Below, one piece after another: positions 10,770 to 23,169 of a stretch of 64,000 bases of DNA (the first letter of the stretch is position 1; each line of letters begins with the position of its first letter). A program made the position numbers and the translations under genes. The stretch is from NCBI GenBank assembly GCA_030390025.1, contig CM059432.1, positions 108,130,001 to 108,194,000 on the forward strand, given 5' to 3'. The notes beneath the pieces were generated by a model. The model saw only the letters and a program-made list of their open reading frames with translations. It did not search any database and was not told the DNA's origin. The DNA comes from Squalus acanthias (Eukaryota).

Positions 10770-12954
10770 AGGCCTAGAAATTTGATTAGGCCGGGAAACG
10801 GCCGGTGCCACCGTGGAAAAGAGCACAGGCAGCACTGGTATTTTGGTGCTGCCTGCTGATTTAAATGATCAGAACGCAAAACCTACTGTGTGACGCGTTG
10901 TTTCGGGCGGTAGTCTCAGCAGGAGGCCCAATGTAAGTGTGGTCGTAGTGCCCCTGAAGCGAGGCAGCTTTGTCTTAAAGCTAGCCTGTCATTTTAGAAA
11001 GCAGAGTTGATCCCTTAAAGGGGAACTGCCTTCTAAAATGAAAATTAAAAATCATTTAAAAATAGGCAGTCTTTAGCCCTTAGAGCTCAACTGCCTTCTG
11101 AAAAAAAACCATTAAAAATAATTCTGAATTGGCAGTCTTCAGCTCTTAAATCTGAACTGCCTGCTGCATGTAAAGAAATGGTAAAAGTGCTTCAGCACTA
11201 ACACAAATGGCTCAACAAGCCAGGGAATGGGCACCCAGTGTCTTGCACGCGGCACTCCAGCTCCAGAAAGTAGGATGTGGGACCAAATCATCGAGGTGGT
11301 CACTGCCAGCAGTGTTTCCCCCAGGACCTGGCTCCAGTGCCCAAAAAAGTTTCATGACTTCAGCCAGTGGTCAAGGTCAGTGAATGCATCTTCATGAGCG
11401 ATGTCTTACCAACTACACCACTAGCCTCACACAGTGCTCAATGCATGATCCCCGCTTCCCCCCCCCCTCCCCCACCTCCCCACATCACTCACCTACCAAC
11501 AATCTGTACCAAACACAAGGCACACCTCCCATTCCTAGCTTCACCTCACTCCCTTGGAGGAGACGGTGCTGGGCATTGTTGGTAGGGGCATGGCTGAGTC
11601 CTTGGCCAGCAGTGGGGCTGAAAGGATACAAGATGCTGATATCCTCATACGTTATCCCACTTCCCCCTCATCCCATAATATCTTCTGATTTACAAGGTGC
11701 GCATGGTGTAAGCATGCAGATCTTGCTTTCCCGCCCTCCCCTCTCCACAATTCTACCCTTGTGCCTTCCTCATTTCACACACCCAAGAAATCCAGCCTGC
11801 CCAGCCAGTGGTTGACTAAGAAGAGGGAGAGGAGAGTGAAGAAGACAAAGAAGAAGAAGAAACACCATCACTTGATTTGACACTCCCAGCCACCAGCTCC
11901 TCGAGGTCGTCCTGCAAGGCCATCTGCAGTGTCCCCCACAGAAAATCAGCAGCCTTCCACCAGCCATGCTGCAGCCATTGGGGTAGCACTGTGTGACATC
12001 ACTAGGATAGGCAAAGGCACACACAAGACAGTCACTAAGGGAATGCACAAGGGTGATGAGTTGATTTCTTGATGTCATATTGGATGGATAGATGTATAAA
12101 GTTGGATTGGGAAGTTTGCTTTGTGGTGGCTTTAATCTCAGCTCCGTGGCCAAGAGGACACTGTGATGGTCAGTAACAGAGGGAAGATAAGGTGTGGAAC
12201 AAATGTTGAAAGGGGAATTGGGGTTGTGGTCACTGGTACCACAGGCGGATGATTCCATCCCGGATATCCTGGCCAGAAAGAAGTTGTCTGGGTTGCATCC
12301 TTCCTTTCGCTTCCTCCTCTTCTGCGTCTTCCTCTTCTGCGTCTTCCTCTTCCCTCTGTGAGCGGATGCTGTAAATCTGAAATGCCAGCATGAAGTGCTG
12401 GAAATACTCAGCAGGTCAGGCAGCACCTTGACCTGAGATGTGAACTCTGTTTCTTTCTCCACGGATGTTGCCTGATCTGCTGGGTATTTGCAGCTTTTTC
12501 TGTCTCCTCTGAGGCCTTCCTTTACCATCCAAGGCCTTGCAAGTATCCAGCAGCACTCCCTACACACTTAAAAAACTTCTATTGCAGCAAGTCACTACTT
12601 CAGTAATATCAAAAATAAAAGCTTGAATGCAAACGTACCTGAAAGATGTGTGTGTCCCTTTAAGAGGTGCTGACAGCATCTCTGTGAGTCTGCTTCCATG
12701 CTGGGTTTACCTGGCATGCCTAGGACCCAGCGCAAAGATCCAAGTTTGCTGTGGTGACGTTAAGTTGTCGTGTGACGTCACCACTCCCTCATTTTACTTT
12801 GCAGGAGGATACATCTTGCCGGTAGCACTACCGGGCCTGAGAAAAGGGAGGACATTGCAGGACCCGCCACTAGCTGGCAAAAGAGCAGCGGCCGCCCTCT
12901 TTTTGCCATTTTTTGGCGGTAATGGGTGGCGTAAAGCCCCCAAATGTTTAGCCC
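10770..12954. mobile_element. Non-autonomous Harbinger derivative with Myb remnant (+, ~11208-11380), transposase 3' remnant (-) and an embedded Penelope-tail hairpin
   Basis: TIR-like ends GGCCTAGAAATTT and AAATGTTTAGCCC; RTWLQCPKKFHD remnant; 11930-12300 homologous to 27420-27970. Confidence 0.75.
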
Positions 12955-13066
12955 AAGATATTAAAGGTGCATGGCATTGAAGGTAGACGGCGTTCAAGAT
13001 CAATGTTCTTTTCCATTCTGTAGGCATTCAGGAAGGTCCCCAATAGTGATGAGCAAAACAACTTCA

Positions 13067-13440
13067 GGGTAAATATTGCAGTTGTGTGCTCCCAGCCTGC
13101 AGACTCACCCATTGAATGTGCATATTCATTAATATTAATGGAAGCAAAATCCAGGCCGTGTGCCAAGATGTGCTCACTGCAGTCGAGGCTCTACACCAGG
13201 GGCTGGATTTTTCCAACTTCGCCGGGCCCGTGGCGGGCAACGTCCGTGGCGTGTGGGGACCCTGCATCTGTCTCGATCCCGGCTTCCCACAAGATTTTAC
13301 GTTGATAGGGCTTGTTAAGCCCGTCCTGCGAGGTTCCCGGCCAATTAATAGGAAGTAGGTCTGATGACGTCAATCTTTGTGATTTTGACAGCGGACCCAC
13401 CTCCAAACCCACACTCGGAGCACCAGCAAAATACAGCCCC
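13067..13440. mobile_element. MITE-like element
   Basis: GC/CpG-rich block bounded by GGGTAAATATTGC and GCAAAATACAGCCCC. Confidence 0.55.
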
Positions 13441-14401
13441 TGGAGTCGGCAATCGGAAAATATACTGTTTTTTGTCATAACACATCTGACCCAAGAAAGT
13501 CCTGTCAGAAGACTCTTCTGCAGTTGCTTTCATTAGTATTTGATTTCATAAAATGGACACATCACCAACAAACATGAGTTCAATAGATATTTTTCACCCA
13601 TCATTTAGACAAAACTCACCAAAAGAGAACCGATGTAGTCTCAACACTCAATATTCATTCAAAATGCACTGTTGAAAGTTCTAGTCATATCTAACAAATG
13701 GGACCTTGAAATGTTTCACTAATTTGAATGCAAGTACAGAGTGAGCGTCCCAATGCAAGATCCATCTGCGCTCAGGATTTTAAGGGTTCAGTTAAGAAAT
13801 ATTTGGCAACTTCAGTTGACAATTTATAGAAAAATGCAACCGCACACAATGACCAAATGATAACTCTGAGACCCTGGATAAACGATAGACTAGCAGGTTC
13901 TGCTCAACAGCATTTAACGCATTTGCGAAACATTCACAATGGATCCTTCTACTCTCTGGTACGTCTCTGCCATTACCACATCATCTTTTTTTCAAATAGA
14001 CTCTCAGAGACTTTTGGGTCCTGGTGGTCAGGCTGACTTCATGTGCCCTGGTCTAGAATTGATGGAGGGAGAGAGTCAGGCGGAGAGATTCTGAAGGACA
14101 GCTCTGTGACTGAGGCTTTGTTGAGGTTAGGGGTTGGAGAAGTGAAACTGTTTAGGTGGGGTATAAAAGGCAAAGCTACATGAAGAAAGTGGAGAAGGCC
14201 TCCGAGAGAGATTGTTTTGGATTATGTGCAAGCGACTGGGTTGAATGTATGGGCGAGCCATTAAAGAGTGGTTAAAATTTGCTCTTGTACCAATTTTTCT
14301 TTACAGATTTGGAATACTAATCATCTTTTGAAATGATTTGATCCCTATGGGAGGGTTTAACATAGTTCCAGAATCAGAGCCACATGGGAAAGACACACTA
14401 T

Positions 14402-15276
14402 GGGGGAAAAAATTCAGTTGGTTGCGCCTCCCGTTAGCGCCTTAAGAGGGCGCTAATGGGGCACAAAGCAACTAGCGCCCGGGCGCGGCGATGTTTGCGC
14501 CGCTTGCGAAATTAACTAGACATTTTGTGGCGGCGCTAAACAGTACCGCCATGATCTCCTGCGCCGGCAGATCGTGACGTCAGTCGAGTGCGCAACGCCC
14601 CGGTAGCGCCCCGGAGTGGATATTGAGTGGCGCCCCCTGCCTTACCGCCTGCCGCTAGCAATGACAGGTTGAGGGGAGCATTTTGCAGTCAGGAAGGGAC
14701 TGGGGGAGCGCTATTTAAAGGCGACTGCTTCCTGCCCTTTTTTGTTACCGACATTTTTGCACCACGCATTCTGAGAGAGAGAGAGAGAGACTTCTGGAGA
14801 GATTCAACGCTGTGTGAAGGAGTTTTGGGTACTGAGCAGCACTTTGCAGGTTCATTTTGATTTGTCCTTCCTTGTATCGATTTAAAAGAGACTGTGGGGG
14901 CTGCACTCTGAGCTCTTTCCCTGGGTCTCTCCATTTTTCTTTCCAGCAGATTTGATGTACAGGTCTCTCCAGGCCGAGATTCAAGGCTGCAATGAGCAGG
15001 ATGTGGATGGAAAGCAAGAACTGGCCGGGGCCATTGTGTCTGTGTTCCATTGCTGACTGACATCACACGAGCTTCGCCAGCGCTCTGAGTTAGCGCCTCG
15101 CTCCTCGGCCTTTGCGCCTTAAGACAGATGTGTAGCGCCTGATTTAGCGCTCCAATCACCTCCAGGGGCGATAAAAGTCAAGTTTGCAGTCGGAGGCAAT
15201 AATTAGCACCAGGCGCTAATCTTTGCGCCCGGCCGATAATTGCGCCCCAAACGGGGCGACACTGAAATTTTCCCCC
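14402..15276. mobile_element. Harbinger MITE (~875 bp), internal deletion derivative; sister copy at 61780-62674
   Basis: TIRs GGGGGAAAAAATT and AATTTTCCCCC; end-to-end similarity to 61780-62674; reverse strand keeps the Myb start MERPRERA. Confidence 0.9.
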
Positions 15277-18200
15277 TCTATATCTTTGTCATTAACTCTG
15301 TGTACAGCAGTGGAAGATAAAGAAAAGAAAGAAAGGCTTTCATTTATATTGTGCTTTTCACGACCTCAGGACTTCCCTAAGTGCTTAGTTGTCAGCTGTG
15401 GCTCAGTGGTAGCACCCGCACCTCTGAGACAGAAGGTTGTGGGGTTAAGTCCCACTTCAGAGACTCCCAGGCTAACACTCCCAGTACCAGTACTGAGGGA
15501 GTGCTGCATTGTTGGAGGTGCCGTCTTTCAGATGAGAAGTTAAACTGAAGGCCTGTCTGCTCTCTCATGTGGACGTAAACAATCTCATGACACTATTCAA
15601 AGAAGAGCAGGGGAGTTCTCCAAGTGTTCTGGCCAACATTTATCCCTCAACCAAGACCATCAAAACAAATTATCTGGTCATTATCACATTGCTGTATGTG
15701 GAACCTTGCTGTGTGCAAACTGGCTGCTGCATTTCCTTACATTGCAAGAGTGACTAAACTTCCAAAAGTACTTCATTGGAAGGATCTGTGAATATACATA
15801 TACTCAATCTTAAGCATAATGAATATTGTACATGTTGCAAGAAATCCCTAGTGCCCCAAGAGATCATAGGACTCCGTCCTTTGGTCAGGAGTTTAGTAAC
15901 AGTCACTGCTTGTTGCACACAGACTAATGTAGATCAGAGAGACCTAGATGGCTGTCTGCTGGGTGCCATATTTGGTGCTTAAACTACTTAGCACGTACAA
16001 AGAAACACTGCCTACAGAATCACCTACTAGAGCTGTTGTACACAGTGTTACAAGTAACTATAGGGGGCAAGATTTGTTGTAGATCAAATCATTAATATTA
16101 ATATTAAAGCATGAAGGGTTTCAGCCCACGTATCACTCCATTTTTATAGCTCTGCAAAACTGATTACAAACTAGCACAGGATGAGAACATATCAGCTGCT
16201 TTACTTTAGGGCAAGTAGAAAGAAATGTGAATATAAAAGGTAAGGATGGATTTCCCATTTATTTTCATAATGCCTTACTTTAGTCAATTTAGGGCTCTAG
16301 TCACGACAGTTTTGTAGGCCTCAGTGGTTGTGGGCTTCCTTAACATTCCACTTGCAGAAGATCTGTAGCGACGGACTTTCACAAGCGGTGGAATTTTGGG
16401 ATCTGCCACTTTTAACATCAATCTGCACGTATTGGGGCGAGATCACGATCCAAGTGCTGCAGACAAAACACAGCAGAGCTGCCAATTGACCAACATGTGG
16501 GGGAGAAGTTCCACCCATTGTCAAGTCTACTCATTCAAAGGCAATCTGCATTCTCAGAGTTTAGTCAGAGACCTCTCAAAGGTACATGGGGTTTGCTTTT
16601 GAAGTGCCCAACTTGAGGACTTAATTTTGAAGTGGTTGAAAATGAAAGAAGTCATGGCAAGGAGACCAGCAGACACCAGAATCAGACGGCCTGCACCCAC
16701 CATTATGCTGCCAACCATATCGGCAGACTCTGGCACACAAACTAGGTAATAATCAAGGAGAACCACCTCCACTGCTCCAGGTCAGCAAAGACGAGGTTGC
16801 AGACCACTGCCAAGGGGTGAATATACCCTTTCAGAAGGTATTTTTTACAATCTCTTCTTATAAAGACATAGAACTCTAGGAAAATGGGGGGTAGGTGGAT
16901 TTAGGGGTCTATGTTGCCAGCAAGATAGATAAACGATCAGAGATAAAAATAGAAAGACGTTGAGGTAGTAATTAGCATGCGTTACCCTCATTTTTTGGGC
17001 GTGAAACGTATGCAAACCATTTTACCACTGGGATGGCTTGCCCCATCTGCTCAGGCATTGGTCCCACTGCTAAGTTTGAGGGGCCCATTTTTTAGTGCTC
17101 CCGGACTCAGCAGTCTTAACAACTGACCCTCCCCTGTAACACGCTCCAAACCTACCTCCCAATATTTGCTTGAAGGCCATTGCTGGCAAGGCAGGTGGCG
17201 GCCCGAAATGGACTTTTCCCGTGGGGCGAGCTGCCTGCAGAGGCGTGGCTGGTGTTGGCAATTCACCCTGAATATGTAGATAAAGCCCGAGGACCAATTA
17301 CTGTAAAACGGATGACATTGATTCAGCCGCCCATTATACATCTACCTTGACGTCAATGGAAATTACATTCGGGAGAGATGTATAATGGGCGGCTGATTCG
17401 CTATCGCCTGTATTACCCTATCACCCAGTGTCGAATTTATCCCCAATGAGTTTTTTATTCCATGGCACAGGTAGTATGAAAATAATTATTTTTCTTCATG
17501 AACAATATGTTACTCCAGTCTCTTGATTACTCTTACAGTTCCCACTGTGCCCAACACTTGGTTTCATGTTCATGGCTAGAGAGCTGGAGACCAAGTTCAT
17601 TTTGAACCAAAATCTGTGTCTTTATTCATCATTTGCGTGTCCAGATTTAACAGTTAATCATTAATGACATTAAACTGCCTACCAGAGTATACATGGGATG
17701 CTCACCACAGTCCCCATCACTTTCAAATGCATTTCCAAATCAATGTGTACAGGCTAAAACTACCGGGCTAATTTTATTTACAGGTGAAATGAGATACAGA
17801 AGCCAAAAGACACAGCATGATACAAAACAGCACAATACCAAAAAACAATCAGATCCTGAAACCAAAAGACATTCCACTGAAGTCAATGGAAAAGAAAGTT
17901 GGGCAGGATGTAAAACAGGCTGCCGATTCACTGTTACCTGTTTCGCGCTACCGCCAAAGGGAAACTTCACCCCCCCCCCCCCCATGACTCTTACACGGTC
18001 CAATGAACTATAAGACCTCCCTGATTGAATGCGGGTGAATGTTGCTGCCTTCCACACTGAGATGATGCTGCCTTTTATACACAAATGAGACCGAACCCTG
18101 GAACAGGAAGGGCAAGTTGCATTTCTACCATCCAAGTCAGCTTTTGACACTCCAGATCAAAGCAGATCCTTCACACTCAACCAGTTCCTTTGCAGAAGCC

Positions 18201-18587
18201 TCAATAGGCCTGTAATTCTAACATTAATTACTTCCATCACCCAAGAGGATGGGATGTGGATAGCTCGCTGACGAGTAGTTTATTACATCAGGTATATTGC
18301 CCCCTTTAATGGTTGTGGCAACCACAGACAACTAGAAGGCAAATTCTTGACTTTTGAGCTTCCAGTGCAGAGCATCACACATTGGAATGGAAAATTGGAA
18401 ATTTGGGTGGGTACTGCCTACAATTTGCAAAGATAGGGTTAGAACACCACAGCTCCCATTCGACATTTAGCAAGGCTCCTGACTGGAGGCAGAGCCTCAA
18501 AAATAATTTCTGTAGCATCAAAAAAAATGACCGATCTGCGAAGCAATTCAGAACCGCCGGACACACACAGATAGAACGAAAGGTGAT

Positions 18588-19839
18588 CTTTACTGGAACT
18601 GTGTAAGTTTCGTTTTCCTGGAGACTTGTATTAGACTTTGAGACAAAGGCACAAAATTCAGGTTCGCCACGTTTGGGGGCGATAACCGAGTTAAGGCCAG
18701 ACATTTAGCACCCGGCGCGGAAGTACCGCCGGCTGCTAAATTCGGCTTACTGCCCTGCACAGGAAGTGAAGCGCAATGTCGGGCGGTAACCGAGACGATG
18801 GACACGCACAGATGGAACGTAAGCTGATCATGTACAAGCCGCCAGGACTGAGCACCTGGTGAAGGGCCCTATGGGGGCTGGAGTGGGGAGAACTGTATCA
18901 GAGATTGAGGAGAGGCTGGGGTGGGGAGACTGTATCAGGGATTGAGGAGAGGCTGGGGTGGGGAGACTGTATCAGAGATTGAAGAGAGGCTGGGGTGGGG
19001 AGACTGTATCAGGGATTGAGGAGAGGCTGGGGTGGGGAGACTGTATCAGAGATTGAAGAGAGGCTGGGGTGGGGAGACTGTATCAGAGATTGAGGAGAGG
19101 CTGGGGTGGGGAGACTGTATCAGAGATTGAGGAGAGGCTGGGGTGGGGAGACTGTATCAGGGATTGAGGAGAGGCTGGGGTGGGGAGATTGTATCAGAGA
19201 TTGAAGAGAGGCTGGGGTGGGGAGACTGTATCAGAGATTGAGGAGAGGCTGGGGTGGGGAGACTGTATCAGAGATTGAGGAGAGGCTGGGGTGGGGAGAC
19301 TGTATCAGAGATTGAGGAGAGGCTGGGGTGGGGAGACTGTATCAGAGATTGAGGAGAGGCTGGGGTGGGGAGACTGTATCAGAGATTGAGGAGAGGCTGG
19401 GGTGGGGAGACTGTATCAGGGATTGAGGAGAGGCTGGGGTGGGGAGACTGTATCAGAGATTGAAGAGAGGCTGGGGTGGGGAGACTGTATCAGAGATTGA
19501 GGAGAGGCTGAGGTGGGGAGACTGTATCAGAGATTGAGGAGAGGCTGGGGTGGGGAGACTGTATCAGAGATTGAGGAGAGGCTGGGGTGGGGAGACTGTA
19601 TCAGAGATTGAAGAGAGGCTGGGGTGGGGAGACTGTATCAGAGATTGAGGAGAGGCTGGGGTGGGGAGACTGTATCAGAGATTGAAGAGAGGCTGGGGGT
19701 GGGGAGAGGCACAGGGCTCAAATAACACAAAAAAATCAGAGGATAAACTTTACAAATGTATGCCCAGAGCTTTGCCTTTCAAGAGCACATATTGGGATCT
19801 AAACTCTGAGGGAGGAAGGAGTGGAGCACTGCAGAGGAC
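18588..19839 (+). repeat. Copy 1 of a local direct duplication: flank, MITE end, 37-bp minisatellite (~22 units, ~18875-19708), flank
   Basis: Unit GTGGGGAGACTGTATCAGAGATTGAGGAGAGGCTGGG; flanks shared with 21433-22307. Confidence 0.92.
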
Positions 19840-19904
19840 AGGAATCCCGCAGGATTTTCCATCCACTCATTTTAACTGGACAGAAAATACTGCTGACCTC
19901 CATG

Positions 19905-20820
19905 CCTGAAGGGTGGTGGAAATCTGGAACTCCCTCCCCCCAAAAAGGCTGTGAATGCTGGGTCAATAGAAATATGCAAGACTGAGATCAATAGATTTCT
20001 GTTAGGTAAGGGTATTAAGAGATATGGGGGGTAAAATTGGGTCGCGCCTCCTTTCGGGCACGAACTTCGCTGGTGCGTTACTTTTAGGGCCCCAAAAAAG
20101 TTAGCTCCCCCGCGCCCAAAATTCACTGGTAGCGCCCCAAGCGGGAGGCGGGCCGCTACTGGAAGCGCCCCCCCCTCCCTCTTGGGGCACTGCAAGTGAA
20201 TATTGCGGCGCTATGTGCCGCAGCACCACGCACACCCGCATGTTGCACCATGGTACTGCAGGCCTTCCTCCCCTTACTAACGGGGAGGAGCCTAGTGCAG
20301 CGCGATCTGGGGCCCAGCTGGGCCACCAGGGAGTGGGGTGCCGGCAAAAGAGCCCGGCACTCAAGAGGAGTGCTGGACTCACGGAGCGCAGCTGGCACCC
20401 CACGGGGTGGCTTCACAGGAGGCCGGGGACAGGTGCTGGCAGGCGGCCAGCAACAAAAATGGCTGCCCGGCACCTCCCCTTTAATTTGCGCTGCTCCGGC
20501 CGCACATACGCCCCCCTGACCCTGTCTGACATAGCGTCCGGTGGTAAGTCAGGGGGCGCTACCGAAGATTGCGGCCGGGGCGCGAGCGGGGTGCTGCACA
20601 CGGTGGTGATGTCATTGCGGGAGTCGCAGCGTCGCAGGGCGCTAACGGTTACCGCCGCCGCTAACCTCCCTCTTAGGGCGCTAACGGGAGGCGCAAATCA
20701 ACCGAATTTTTCCCCCATGGAGTATAGACAGGTAAATGGAGTTGAGGTACAGATCAGCCATGATCTAATGGAATCGTGGAACAGGCTCAAGTTGCTGAAT
20801 GGTCTACACATGTTCCTACA
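19905..20820 (+). mobile_element. Old CR1 3' fragment split by the MITE at 20027-20716
   Basis: GGGTGGTGGAAATCTGGAACTC...GGTATTAAGAGATATG resumes as ATGGAGTATAGACAGGTAAATGGAGTTGAGG. Confidence 0.8.
20027..20716. mobile_element. Harbinger-type MITE with 3-bp TSD (ATG)
   Basis: TIRs GGGGGTAAAATT and AATTTTTCCCCC; ATG at 20024-20026 and 20717-20719. Confidence 0.85.
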
Positions 20821-21058
20821 TAAATCAAGGGATAGCAGAATACTTGGGGAAGTCTCCTCAGTATGCTGGCAGTGTGAAATACTCCCGGGAAAATTGTGCT
20901 TTTGCCTTCAGTGTCTCCGAAGTGGAATTTCAGCCCCACTGTTCCCAAAAGAATGGCAAGCCCAACATTTGCTCAAACCTGCTTGTCTTACAATTAGAAC
21001 TTGTGTTTGCATTTAGTACAGTTTGCTCCAGTATCATTAATCCAAACACAGCACTTAC

Positions 21059-21103
21059 AGCTGCAGTGGTTCCCTCTGGGACAATATATGAGAAAGTACA
21101 AAA
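21059..21103 (-). other. Candidate 45-nt internal exon of an unidentified host gene
   Basis: TTGTTTGCAG acceptor and GTAAGT donor in non-repetitive DNA; all three frames open. Confidence 0.4.
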
Positions 21104-21432
21104 CTGCAAACAATAATTCCATAAAGCAGACACGGGATAAAAAAAACCCTCCTCAGGCCTTGCGAGGATGCCGGGACTAATCACTGCAGTGCGTCTCCTT
21201 ACACAAGTATCTCGAGCAGGGAAATCCAATCTTTGGCAACTGGAGGCTACATACACTGATCATAACCAGTGAGTGAGCTGCAGATGATTACACAGATATG
21301 CAAAATTTCTTATGCAGATAATCTAGGCTGTTAGAAACTAGGTTATGCGAATGAAACTGTAACGCGAATAATATTGTGTTTAAATTATTGTATTTGTGCT
21401 TGAGACAAATAAGGGTTAATGTATAAGTTGTG

Positions 21433-22307
21433 CTTTACTGGAACTGTGTCAATTTCGTTTTCCTGGAGACTTGTATTAGACTTTGAGACAAAGGGTGCGA
21501 AATTCGGTTTCACCACGTTTGGGGGCGGTAACCAAGTTAAGGCCAGACATTTAGCACCCGGCGCAAAAGTACCGCCGGCCGCTAAATTCAGCTTACTGCC
21601 CCGCACAGGAAGAGCAGCGCAATGTCGGGCGGGTAACCGAGGCGATGGACACACACAGATGGAACGTAAGGTGATCATGTACAAGCCGCCAGGACTGAGC
21701 ACCTGGTGAAGGTTCCTATGGGGGCTGGGGTGGGGAGAACTGTATCAGAGATTGAGGAGAGGCTGGGGTGGGGAGAACTGTATCAGAGATTGAGGAGAGG
21801 CTGGGGTAGGGAGACTGTATCAGAGATTGAAGAGAGGCTGGGGTGGGGAGAACTGTATCAGGGATTGAGGAGAGGCTGGGGTGGGGAGAACTGTATCAGA
21901 GATTGAAGAGAGGCTGGGGTGGGGAGAACTGTATCAGAGATTGAGGAGAGGCTGGGGTGGGGAGACTGTATCAGAGATTGAGGAGAGGCTGGAGTAGGGA
22001 GAACTGTATCAGAGATTGAAGAGAGGCTGGGGTGGGGAGAACTGTATCAGAGATTGAGGAGAGACTGGGGGTGGAGAGACTGTATCAGAGATTGAGGAGA
22101 GGCTGGGGTGGGGAGACTGTATCAGAGATTGAGGAGTGGCTGGGGTGGGGAGACTGTATCAGGGATTGAGGAGAGGCTGGGGTGGGGAGAGGCACAGGGC
22201 TCAAATAACACAAAAAATATCAGAGGGTAAACTTTACAAATGTATGCCCAGAGCTTTGCCTTTCAAGAGCACATATTGGGGGGAAGGGGTGGAGCACTGC
22301 AGAGGAC
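21433..22307 (+). repeat. Copy 2 of the local duplication, with ~12 units of the 37/38-bp minisatellite
   Basis: Direct alignment with 18588-19839. Confidence 0.92.
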
Positions 22308-22309
22308 TG

Positions 22310-22888
22310 TGGAGCACTCCGCGTTTCAACACCCCGCCCCTTCAGTTAAAGGGTAGTGCCATTACGCACTCTGCAGGGCCTCCGATGGACCACACTAGGC
22401 CACCAGGGCGGCGTGGTGTCATGGCCGCAGCCCAGCGCCAAGACGCAGTGCCAGGCTGCGCAAGGGCAGCCATGATCATGCCATGGCCCACTACGGAGGG
22501 CTGACCTGGAGGGCGGCCAAAAAACTAAAATGAGGGCCGCACCTCCTGTTTCAATACCGCCCCACGAGCGGAGGTCGGCCCGGCTCACGACCTGTGAGGC
22601 TAGCGCTGACATCGCCCACAGCAGCATCGCAGGGCGCAGCTGAATTTCTGCCGCGGGGTGCTAAGGGGTCACGGCGCACGGTGATGACGTCATCGCCGGT
22701 GCTGCAGTGGCCTGGGGCGATACCAGCAGGAGCGCGGTGCTATCAGGTCGCGCCTTAGCAATGCCCCATCAAATTTCTCAGCAGGCGCTTTTTTCACCCC
22801 CTCCCCTGGGCGATAAGCTCTTTGAGCCCCTTTAGCGCCCCCCGGAGGCGCTAATGGCAGGCGCAAATGAACCGAATTTCTAGCCCCC
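22310..22888. mobile_element. Partial Harbinger-type MITE (right end retained)
   Basis: Ends GGCGCAAATGAACCGAATTTCTAGCCCCC, similar to 20690-20716. Confidence 0.7.
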
Positions 22889-23169
22889 AATGTCTTCAGT
22901 TAGTTAGATTAGATGAGGCGTAACATCCCACACAGGGACCCATAGCTTGGCCTTGCCCTGCCAGGTTAGCTGTTTGTTGTTTGTAAGTTAGGGTTTTGAC
23001 TTTGTTAATGTATCTTTAATTTGGCCAATGAAGACTCAATGTTTCTTTCATTATTACTAATAACCATATTATAATGCTAAGGTAGAATCTGGAGTTTGTT
23101 TAACAGAACTGCTTGCAAAGATAATTAAAAGTTAATTGGTATAAAGGACATAAAATAGAAGGAATTTAT

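Noticed and set aside
11770..12567. 265-aa ORF with a paralogue at 30120-30536 as a novel gene
   Set aside because: Reads across a Harbinger upstream region, a Penelope hairpin and an out-of-frame transposase tail; non-AUG start; similarity is explained by DNA-level repeat identity
13612..13695. Strong minus-strand donor TTG|GTGAGT
   Set aside because: All frames from nearby acceptors contain stops; cannot be supported as coding, though a non-coding exon is not excluded
18875..22190. 37-bp and 30-bp periodic arrays as possible CRISPR arrays
   Set aside because: Head-to-tail units with no unique spacers, no cas genes, vertebrate context
20027..22888. CpG-rich patches as host promoter CpG islands
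   Set aside because: They coincide with MITEs bounded by TIRs
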